Source: Histomonas meleagridis 2922-C6/04-290x
Taxonomy: Eukaryota > Protista > Parabasalia
Direction: 5' to 3'
Length of the DNA: 64,000 bases
Assembly (NCBI GenBank): GCA_020184695.1
Contig: JAANOX010000242.1
Span: forward strand, 186,001 to 250,000
Shown: positions 53,436-64,000 of the stretch, one piece after another
Position numbering within the stretch: position 1 is the first letter of the stretch
Layout: each line of letters starts with the position of its first letter
The notes under the pieces: model-generated
What the model was told of the DNA's origin: nothing
Databases searched by the model: none
The model's input: the letters and a program-made list of their open reading frames with translations, nothing else
Program-made: the position numbers and the translations under genes

Positions 53436-55976
53436 ATGAAAAAAGTTTTATTGATGTTTTACCTTCTTACTTTATTTATCTTTCCAACTTGTTCATTCAT
53501 TACCTCAAGCTCTCAATCATTTGTTGACTATTTTGACAATTCATTTAAATTCAATAATTTTAATTTCCAAAATTATCCAAACGCACAAATAAAATCATTT
53601 CATTGTACAATGTCCTACTCTCAGCTAAGTTGTGTTTTAGATAAGATAATGAAAACATATTTTATATTTTTTAAATTCACAAATTTAAAACATTACTCTT
53701 ATTTTATGAATAAGATTCTTCATTTGAACTTTGATTTTGGACAAATTTATGTTAAATTATTAATGTTATTCAGAATTTTTTTTGGCGTTAAAATAATATT
53801 ATAAAAAAAAAAAAAATTTTAATAAAGAAAACATTTATCGAAAAAAATAAAATACATTATACTTCAAAGTGGAACTACCACTATTCCAAATGAACATTTT
53901 TCATCATATCCTTTATTACAAAATGTAACAATTCAAGCAGAAATTACATTAATTGGTGATTATGCATTTAATCAATGTCCTAAATTAATGAAAATTATAG
54001 TTCCAAATTCCGTTAAATCGATTGGTACATCAGCATTTCAATCATGTAAATCATTACAATATATAACGATCCCAAATTCCGTTGAATCGATTGGTACATC
54101 AGCATTTCAATCATGTGAATCATTACAATATATAACGATCCCAAATTTAGTTACAACGATTAGTTATAATTTATTTCGATCATGTACTTCATTAAAGACT
54201 ATTAATATTCCTGATTTAGTTACAATAATTGAATCTTCATCATTTTATGGCTGTTCATCATTAATAAGTATTATAATTCCAAAATTAGTTACATCTATTA
54301 GTGAAAATGTATTTCGATCATGTTCATCATTAATAAATGTAAGTATTGCAGAAGGAGTTGAAGAAATTAAAAACAATGTATTTTATGACTGTTCTTCATT
54401 AAAAAGTATTATAATTCCATGTTCAGTTATAACTATTGGTGAAAGTGTATTTCGTGCATGTACGTCATTAATAAATATAACTCTTGAAGAAGGTATTAAA
54501 GAAATTGGCGCCAATGCATTTTATGGCTGTACATCATTAATAAATATTACAATTCCGAATTCAATTACATTAATTGGTGAAAATGTATTTTCTGGATGCA
54601 CAAGTCTTCAATTTATAAAAGTATTAGAAAATAATACGAATTATTCTAATTATGAAAATGATGGAATTCTTTATAATAAAAATCATACGCAAATTATTAT
54701 TTATCCGCCAGGAAAAGAAAGTGAAACAATTACAATATCAAAAGACATAAATATACTTGAAAAATATGCATTTTATCAATGTACTTCATTAATATATATT
54801 ACAATTCCAGGGACAATTGAAACAATTGGTGCTTCTGCATTTTATCAATGTTCTAATTTAGCTACAGTTATTATTGAAGAAGGTGTTAAGGAAATAGGAA
54901 GTTTTTCATTTCAATCATGCTATTCATTAACAAGCATTACGATACCGAAATCAGTTACAATAATAAGTGAAAATAATATATTTGCAGGATGTACGAAACT
55001 TCACTTTATAAACGTTTCTAAGTATAATATAAATTATTATAATGATGAAAAAGGAATTCTTTATAATAAAAATAAAACGGAAATTCTTTGTTTTCCTATT
55101 GGGAAAGAATATAAAATATTTGAAATTCCAAATTCTATAACAAAAATTTGTTCATATGCATTTTATCAATGTATTAACTTAAGTACGATTTATATTAAAG
55201 AAAATGTAAATGAAATTTGTGAATGTGCATTTTCTGAATGTAGTATTCTTCACTGTATTTATTATTATGGAACAACAAGTCCTACAGTTGGATCAAATGC
55301 ATTTAATTCCAATACTATTGTCATGACATCGAATGAATATAATGAAACTAAATTTGGAAATTTAGATGTTAATAAAGAAACAACAATTGAAGGATGTGAT
55401 CCATGGCCTACGAAATCATTTTCGCAATCAAATACATTCTCTAATACGTTCACACAATCGAATACATACTCACATTCAAACACATATTCACAATCGAATG
55501 CATTCTCTAAATCTAACACACTCACAATGGCTAATGACACCGTCACATATTCTCTCACCATTGTCCATTCATTTTTACTCGTCACCTATCTCCATAACTC
55601 GTTCACTCTCACTATGATTGGCTCCGACTTCACGTACGTCACCACCGACTTCATATACTACGACTATTCGCTCATCATCTTCACAACCTACTTCAGCTTC
55701 ATCCACAACTTCATCACTGTTGCGCCAACCGCGTCGCAGCAGTCGGGCAGCGGCCTTTCGAAGGGCGCTGTCATCGGAATCATTTGCGGCGGCGTCGTAA
55801 TCGTTTTGGTCATCATCGGCATCGTCATATTTGTGGTTAAGCGCGGCAATGCGAACAAGCGAATCAACCTGTCGACCGTGGAGGAGGCCGCCACGTCATC
55901 GTACATCGAAAATTCCGTTGTAGTGGACCAGGAAGTGAACAAGTTCGTCAAGGAAGACAACGACCAGTGGATTTAA
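53436..55976 (+). CDS. BspA-like membrane protein; leader separated from LRR body by in-frame stops around a poly-A tract
   Basis: 53436-53804 and 53988-55976 share one frame; TAA at 53802, 53820 and 53823; LRR homology extends back to about 53856; TM and tail EDNDQWI. Confidence 0.8.
54003..54147 (+). repeat. Recent 69-bp (one LRR) tandem duplication
   Basis: Two near-identical units starting at 54003 and 54072. Confidence 0.85.
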
Positions 55977-56023
55977 TAGGGAATTCGGAACAAAAGTAGA
56001 GTAAAAGTGAATTGGAAATTTTA

Positions 56024-59000
56024 TTATTGTTTGTTTAATAAGTTACATTGTATTGTTTTTTCTTGATTAACTTTTAATTGTCCAAATTGTAAATGATCAT
56101 TTCCACGCGGGAATTGGAAATCAAATGAAACATCAAAAGATTCCGCAAAAATCGGAAAACTTTTTGTAGAAAAAACTTTTGATTTTGTTATATCGAAAAC
56201 TTCGAGTTGAATATTTTTTTTGATAGTAATAGTTTTCATTGAACAATATTTAATTTCGACAATAAAACTTTCATTTGGTTCAATGATACCTTCGATTGCA
56301 TTAATATTAAAATAATCGGCTAAACTTTGAGTGTTCTTTAAATGCCAATACGCTGATAATTTTCCATTATTATATAATTCGAGTTTTAATACTCGAAATT
56401 GTTTTATTAAAAGTTTACCGAAATCGAATTCATTTATCGAAGTTTCAATAATTGGAACACAACCTTCCGCCAAAACATTAAATATTAATGGCTCCGGATT
56501 ATCTTTTATCAATATTATCATTTGATTTTTATATATTTCAGCGTTTAAAGGATTAATACCAAATATAATTTCACCTTTTTCATTTGGATTTATTGTTAAT
56601 TGTGGAGTTTCGATAAGAAATGAAGTTTTAGGTATTAAAAATGTCGATGTAATATCAATTGGAAATGTCGAAACATTTGTTAAATATATTGAAGTTTTAT
56701 ATTGTAAATTTTTTGGTTTTTCTTTACATATTAATAATGAGCCGAAATAAAATTCATTTGTTTTAATTACATAAGTAAATTTCGATTTAGGATCAAATTT
56801 ACGTATTTTATTTGGAAATATGTTTTGTATATTTCGATCTATTTCAGGATATGAACATTTAGCAAAAACATTTAATTTAAATATTTCCGATTTTGCATTA
56901 ATTATCGAAAATAAAATTGTATCTTTATAACTTCCAATGTTTTGACCAAAGAATTTAATTTGTAATTGTTTCGATGAATTAGAATCAATTTTCCAACGCG
57001 GAGTTCTTCGATTTATTTCATAATCATTAATATTTAATTCTTTAATAAGACTATTTCTTCTTGTTGACTTCGATGATCTTCTACCAACTGTATGTGAATC
57101 AGGTCTTAATGATTTATTATTTTGTTGAGGGAATTCGAAGATTTCATCACTAATAATTGTGAAATATTTTGGCATTGTAATTAATGTATTAATTTTTTTA
57201 GGTTTTTCATTAACAAATATTTTCGATGTGGAAATAAAATCATCAAATGATTTCTCTTTAATTTGTGATTGTTTTGGGATATAATTTATAATAATATTTT
57301 TGATTTGTTCTAATGTTAATGTTGATACATCAATTAAAATTGTATTTTTATTTTGTTTTATAAATTCATTTAATTCATTTTCTTCTTTTTGAGTAATAAT
57401 TTCATTCGGATCAATAACTTTGAAATGTTCATTTTCTTCTTGAATTATATTTGTAATTGTTCCTAATGTATAATTAAATAATAAAATATTATTATAATAT
57501 TGCGATTGATTTTTCTTTTTGTTATTATTAGTTTTATCTAATTTCTTTTTATTATTATTAATATTTTTATTCGATTTTTGATTATGACGTTGAGTTGAAC
57601 GACTCGATTTCTTGTTAATATTATTATCATGTTCAAATGCTTGTTGAAGTAATTTATTTCGTACATTTTGTCGTTTCTCATCAACAATATTCTTTTCTTC
57701 TTCATTAAGGTTTTCATATTGTGATTCAGTCATATTAAAAAAGATTTTCTTTTTCTTGATGTTGTTCAATTCTTTTTTGTTTTCTTATTAACGATTTTTG
57801 TTTTTCTTCACGTTCTATTAATACATCTTCATTAATATTTAACGCGATTTGAAATATATAATGTCCATCAAGAGAATTTATTATATAATTTAAAATGATT
57901 TCTAAAGATGTTAAGTTTTGATGTTGTATTATATAAAATGGATTTTTTTGTAATTCGATTTCAATATTTTTTTGTTTTTGACAATGAGTAATAAATTGTT
58001 GTGTAGTATTTTGTTCTTGTAATATATTCGATAATCCATCAATTATAAAACCATTAACATCATCTTTTTGATTAATTAAATCTGAAAATATTTTTATATA
58101 TTCATCTGAATTTATTTCATTTTTATCTATTAAATCTTTAAATATTTCTTTTAAGTTAATAATTGGAATATTTAAATATTCCGAAATAATTTTTGCAATT
58201 GTACTTTTACCACTTATAGGTGGACCATTAATTATAATACAAATAGAAACATTCGAAATTAAATTATTATTTGTAATTAATTTTTCATTTTCATTTTCAT
58301 TTTTGTTATTAATTAATTTTTTGGATTCAATATAATCAATTAAACGTTGCATATCATATTGTAATGCTATAACTTCAATTGGATAATTTGTTGGATTAAT
58401 AATTTTGAAATTAGTTGTATATGATTCAGAATAAGCATTTATTGGAGGAATAATAATTTCATTTGGTTCGAAAGTTATACGTAATTGTATACCTGTACCT
58501 TGTAATGTTAAATATATTGGTTGATTATTATATTTTATATTTATAGGAAATTGCATTGAATATAATTTTTCTGTTTTTGGTGCAAAAATTATTTCAATTA
58601 CTTCAGTAGAAAAATGGTAATAATATACCTGAAGAAGGATCTTCAATAAAAAATTTGTTGTGATTTTGTTGTGTTAATATTTCGTTGTATTAAATTAGTA
58701 TATTGTGCATCAGAAAATGAGAATTCACAATTTATTGGATTTAAATTTTTGATTTGTAATGTAATTAATTTCGATTGTCCAATAATTACATTACCAAAAT
58801 CGAAATGTAAATTCGAAAAATGTAAAATTGGCATTTCTAAAACGGATTTTAAGTTAATAATTGTATATAAATCATTATTAAATATAATTGGAATTTCTAA
58901 TTCGACTTCACCTATAATTTCTTTCATTTTGTCCAAAAATAATTTTTCCCATATTAATTTCATATCTATTTGTTATAATATATGGTAATTCATTAATAGT

Positions 59001-61199
59001 TTTACCTAAAATTCGTTTTTTAAATCCGAGACTTTTATCATTTATAAATTTTGTTACTAATTTATTTTCAATTGAATTTAATATTTCTTCATTAATATTA
59101 TTATTATTTTCATTATTTTCATTATATATTTTTAATAATGGATCATTTGTTGATCGTGGAAGATTAATATATAATTGTGGTATAAAACAATTTACATTAA
59201 TATCTATTCGTACGTCATCATAATGACCAATTTGTATAATGAATGAACCATTAAATTTATTAGGTAAACCACATAAAACATTTACATTTAATATAAATGT
59301 TTCTTGTATTTGTATTATACCTTCCATAGGTTCTATAGTTAATTTTTGGAATTTGTTATTTTTCGGTATTTTAATTTTAAATGAAATCGATATATCACTT
59401 AAATTTTGTATTGTAACTTTTTGGTTTAAATTATCAATGAAATTCCTTGAGCCAAATTCGATATGTAATGGATCTATTTTATATTTAATAGAAGCAGATC
59501 CTCCATTTAAATGTATAACATATTCAGGTCCGCCTTTAACATGACATATTGCTGTAGCATTAAATTCCGCACTTTTACCATTTAAATCACTTAATGCAAA
59601 GAAACTAAAATGTATAACTTCATTTTGATTAGGTTCTAATGTCGTTCTAATTGGATAAATATTAAATATTTTGGTTATGTCATAATTTTTATGTGATGGT
59701 AATAATTCCCAACAAAAATCGGCTTTTAATTCACTAATGTTTTTGATTTCAATGCCTTTTGTTTGTTCTGTGTTGATTAACATATTACCAAAGTTTATAT
59801 CACCTGAAGGATTAAATAATAAATTCGGAAATATTATAATTCCTTTTAAATTGAGAAAATATTTTTGACTATGATTCGGAAATGAAATTAATAATTTTTG
59901 ATTTATTGTTTCTGAGATAAAATCTGTTTTAAATGATGGATCAAATTTGATTGTTAAAGATTTCTTTTCATTAGATTCAAATGAAAGATTCGTTTGTGAT
60001 ATTATAAATGGTAAATTACGATCGATTTTAATTGACATTGAAATCGGCGTTTTATTTGTAATAGAAATTGTTTTTTCGATTTGTTTTAATAATGATTTTG
60101 TTGGAGATATTGAATTTGAAGAATTTTCTTCTTCTAACTCAATTTTATGTAAATGTTTAAATTCTATTTGTTGCTCTGAGAATATAAAATTCGGTTTAAT
60201 GATTTTACCTTTAAATAATGGTTCGAATAATGTAATTCTTTTATTATGATTTGTTGTATAACATTGAGATTTAATTGAGAAATTTGTTGGTAAATTACAT
60301 TTAATGGAAAATGTAAATTCGACTGAACTTTGTGGCATTATAACTTGTTATTCAGGGATAACATTAAATATTAAATTCGTATTAACGCCATCATCAATTT
60401 TAGGTTTGGATTGTATCCATCTTAAAATTTGTTTTTTATTTCCTTTGTTATTAAATGTGACTTTTTTGGTTACTAATGTTTCATTTAAAATATAACCAAA
60501 ATCAATTTCTGTTAAATCAATCGATGATATAATTGGTGATCCAATTCCAATTGCAATGATTGGTATCGTTATTAATCGTAAATATTGAAATTGTAATAAT
60601 AAATTTCCTTTAAATTTTGATGAATCATTTAGAAATGCTTCGATTTGAAATGTTATTGTTTCATTTTCTTTAATTGTTCCATTATTAATAGGTAATGAAA
60701 AACAATTATGTTTCGTTTGTTGGATTTCCGCTGTAAAATTTGCTGATATTTTAGAATTATTTGTAATAGTAATTTCAATTATTTGTTTCGTTAATACTTT
60801 AACTGTTCCAAAATTAATTTCATTTTGTGAAATTATGATTTCTGGTCCAATACAGATCCCTTTAATGAAAAATGGAAGAAATTCTTTTTCATTCCCAATG
60901 ATTTTAATGTATTGCGATATCAGAAATGTTCCAAGTTTTAAATTAATAATTCGAATTTTAATGTTTGATATAGAATTTGCTTTTATAATACCATTCGGTG
61001 TTTCATTGATAATTTGACTTTGTGTTGTGATTTCATTTGGTGAAATAATTTCATATTTAGCTGGAAATTCTGTATCATTAACAAGTTGAAATGTTGTTTC
61101 ATACGGATAATTTATAAAAATATTCCCTAAATCAATAGTGGAATTTCTAATTGTAATATTCGGACAAATACAATTCGCCATAATTGGAATTTCAGTCAA
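56024..61199 (-). pseudogene. HYDIN: Decayed partial Hydin-like gene (ASH/Ig-like domains + adenylate-kinase-like P-loop)
   Basis: Five collinear ORFs with repeated xFGxxxI...IxNxSxxxxxF ASH-type domains and CIIINGPPISGKST; in-frame TAA at 60348 plus frameshifts near 58950, 58645 and 57750. Confidence 0.7.
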
Positions 61200-61251
61200 A
61201 TTTTTCCCATTTTAAAAATATCAAAACTTAACATTAAATTATATCTTTGAA

Positions 61252-62223
61252 TCATATTTGGAATAAATTCAATTGTAACAATTTGTTTGGAATATTTGTT
61301 AATAAATCCTTTACTATTGTTAATTTTAAATTCATGACTGCTGCATATGTACCTGTGTTATCTTTTCCATTTTGCTCATCAGAACTTTTCATAGTTTCAT
61401 ATGAAAAATTTTTATTTTTGTCCTTAATTTTAATGATAACAATTATAAGTATCAAAATAATTATAATTATTACAACTGCAATACAAATAGATGTGATAAT
61501 TGTTATATTATTTTTATTCGAATTTGATTCTGACGAATATAAAATGGTATAAAAATTGGAATAATAACGAATGTAAATTGAATATGTAATAACTTCATAA
61601 TCATAATAAATAATTAATGTTGGAATGTAAATAATATCTGTACCTTTGAATGAATATAAAAATGAATTTGTAATTGATGTAAATATTGTAACAGTTTGCG
61701 ATAAGAATATAGAAAATGTTAATGAAAATGTTTTTGTAATATTTATATGATTAAAAAATGTATTTGATTGTGAAAATGAATTTGAACAAGTAAATGTATT
61801 CGGACTAGAAAATGTATTTGATAATGTAAATGAATTTGAATCAGTAAATGTATTTGAGAATGAATTTGATTCACTAATATTTGTTAATTTTTTATATTCA
61901 CAAATAGCATATTTACCAATTGAAGTGATATCATAATCAATTCTTACATCTTGTAATGAAGAACATTGATAAAATTGTTCATCTGGAGTAGTTTCAATTC
62001 CATTTTAAATTATAACATTAATAATTTGATTCTTAAATAGACTAATTTCTAAATCAGTTTCCCTGTTTACTGTAAGTGTAATTGTTGCAGAATCAAAAGA
62101 TTGAAATATATGAATGAAAAACATTGAAAAAACAATTAAAAATAATTCATTTTTTATATGATGTTGTGGTTGATACATATGTTTTTGGAAAATATATTGA
62201 TGTTGGTTTGATTCTGATTTCAT
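61252..62223 (-). pseudogene. Internally deleted, frameshifted BspA-like gene
   Basis: Leader (62005-62223), one LRR remnant, SNxF stalk (about 61700-61880), TM (about 61430-61500). Confidence 0.7.
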
Positions 62224-62422
62224 TTATGAAATAACACTTTTTAATGAGGTTCACAAACAAATAACAAAATAAGAAAACGAAAATTTTCATTGTATCTTTC
62301 TGATTTTAAATCAATGAAAAATGTCACAATATGTAATATAAATTAGTCATCTCAAAAATTGGCAATTCATTTTTATTCATGAATTTAGATGATTTTTTTT
62401 TCTTCAATATTCGCAATGTTCA

Positions 62423-63403
62423 TTATTGCGGGATATTGACTATTATTAACCCATTTTTTTCCTCATAACTTTTTGTTGATACTTCATCAGAATTATCTTT
62501 ATTTTTAATTGTTCTAATGACAATTATAATTATTATTATCATAATAATTATAATTATTATTATTGCAATTGCAATACAAATAGTTATTATAAGTTTTATA
62601 TTACTTTTATTTGAATCAGAGAATGAATTTGATTCACTAAATGCACTTGATTGAGTTGGCCATGGAGGACATCCTATTTCTGTTGGATCATTTAAAATAC
62701 TGAAATATTCACCAAATGTATCATCGTTATATTCATTTGTTGTGATAACATATGTAAAAGGATCAAATGATTTCGCATAAACAATAGGACTTGAATCCCC
62801 ATAATAATAAACACATGAAAGATTACAGCCATAAAATGCATAATCACCAATTTCATACACATTTCCTTTAAATAAAATAAAATGTAAATTATTGCATAGT
62901 TGAAATGCGTTTTCACCGATTGAACAATTTAAAGTATCAATCGTTAAATAATATAATGTTTCACAAAAAGAAAAAGCAGAATTTGGAATATAGTTAACAG
63001 CACCATGAATCAAAACTGAATATAAATCAAGAGTTTTATCAATATTGTTCATTTGTTCTTCAGAGTTTACTATAAATGTAAATGGAGGTACCATAAACTC
63101 TTGGAATGTATGAACAAAAAATATTGCAAATATAAACAAATTGTTTTGGTTTTCTTTATAAAAAATCATCTTAATAAAAAAGATTGTTAATAAAATCATT
63201 AATATCAGGAAATTATTAAGATTAATAATATTATCTTTAATATCATTAAGAAAAGTGTAATCATATGATTTTTGAAAAACAATATTCTGTTTGATGTAAA
63301 ATGTTTCATCAGAAGAGTCAATAAATGATTGTGAACATGAAGAAACAATGAAATAAGTTGAGAATAGATAAAATATAAGATGAAAATACATGAATGAAAC
63401 CAA
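62423..63403 (-). CDS. Short BspA-like membrane protein
   Basis: Hydrophobic leader, about 3 TpLRRs, CVYYYG cap, GCPPWPT, short stalk, TM. Confidence 0.8.
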   Translation of the reverse strand: MVSFMYFHLIFYLFSTYFIVSSCSQSFIDSSDETFYIKQNIVFQKSYDYTFLNDIKDNIINLNNFLILMILLTIFFIKMIFYKENQNNLFIFAIFFVHTFQEFMVPPFTFIVNSEEQMNNIDKTLDLYSVLIHGAVNYIPNSAFSFCETLYYLTIDTLNCSIGENAFQLCNNLHFILFKGNVYEIGDYAFYGCNLSCVYYYGDSSPIVYAKSFDPFTYVITTNEYNDDTFGEYFSILNDPTEIGCPPWPTQSSAFSESNSFSDSNKSNIKLIITICIAIAIIIIIIIMIIIIIIVIRTIKNKDNSDEVSTKSYEEKNGLIIVNIPQ

Positions 63404-63469
63404 AGTGAAGTTGATTTACTTCACTCGACGATAAAATTTTCAAATAAAATTATATGAATTCGAACAATC

Positions 63470-64000
63470 TTTCATTTGAATTTTGATGAATTATTCAGAA
63501 ATGTTTCGACTGTGAAGTTGTTACTTCCTTTGGGAAGTAAATCATTTGAATTTGTTTCGTTCAAAAATTAATTTCATGTTGGAAAATTATGATTTATGGA
63601 CAATACATATCCATTTAATAAATAATGGAAGAAATTCTTTTTCATTCCCAATGATTTTAATGTGTTGCGATATCAGAAATGTTCCAAGTTTTAAATTAAT
63701 AATTCGAATTTTAATGTTTAATATAGAATTTGCTTTTATAATACCATTCGGTGTTTCATTGATAATTTGAATTTGTGTTGTGATTTCATTTGATGAAATA
63801 ATTTCATATTTAGACGGAAATTCTGTATCATTAACATGTTGATTCGAATCCTAAATTAATCCATTGTTCAATGTTCGTGTTTCAATGTTAAAGTCAACAT
63901 CAATTTTCCCAACATTTTCAAGTTTAACTGTATATTCTAAAATACTATCAAGAAAAAAATGTCCAATATTAATAGATTGAAGATTAAGAATCGCTTCTGG
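63470..64000 (-). pseudogene. Second, more eroded Hydin-like fragment running off the window end
   Basis: About 63601-63842 matches 60848-61089; 63843-64000 encodes another ASH-like piece (INIGHFFLDSILEYTVKLENVGKIDVDF). Confidence 0.7.

Noticed and set aside
719-63770. Numerous short ORFs in the track that overlap larger genes antisense or out of frame (e.g. 34468-35301, 34774-35391, 49002-49415, 31170-31697, 32564-33130)
   Set aside because: Shadow ORFs of real genes or repeats with low-complexity translations
1-64000. Autonomous transposons (Maverick, Tc1/mariner, MULE, Helitron)
   Set aside because: No transposase, integrase, DNA polymerase or helicase motifs and no long terminal inverted repeats were recognised by eye

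Overview
A gene-dense, very AT-rich eukaryotic window. It is inferred to come from a parabasalid (trichomonad, Tritrichomonas/Histomonas-like), based on BspA-type LRR surface proteins, DUF3447-type ankyrin proteins, a TKL kinase, almost intron-free genes with very short intergenic spacers, and AACGGTT/CCTTT/TCATT core-promoter motifs. Housekeeping genes include RPL38, RPL29 (missed by the ORF track), PI synthase, a TFIIIC-like subunit, PKR1, CAPZA, NACA, a GOS1-like SNARE, a Nup58-like protein, RPN7, calnexin and tRNA-Arg(TCG). They are interleaved with accessory families: at least 7 BspA genes or pseudogenes, 2 ankyrin genes and a decayed Hydin copy. The standout observation is in the two ankyrin genes (about 23.9-25.9 kb and 42.5-45.2 kb, minus strand). 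Every ankyrin module is an intact 87-90 nt coding block, and the blocks are separated at the same position (the beta-hairpin loop) by a homologous AT-rich spacer of 63, 77, 80 or 83 nt (one of 40 nt). The spacers carry stops and frameshifts, lack usable GT-AG/ACTAAC signals, and share a core near TCAAAATAATATTTGGAAATTATTTAAATTATTT. This suggests an undescribed intervening-sequence or recoding system, or a cassette array; a pseudogene explanation is not excluded. Other notable items are a probable bacterial-origin cysteine hydrolase, a GC-rich tail on one BspA gene, homogenised BspA tails, and interlocked initiator/ATG elements in a 24-bp divergent promoter. No transposase or CRISPR array was recognised. 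All identifications come from reading motifs by eye; no searches were run.
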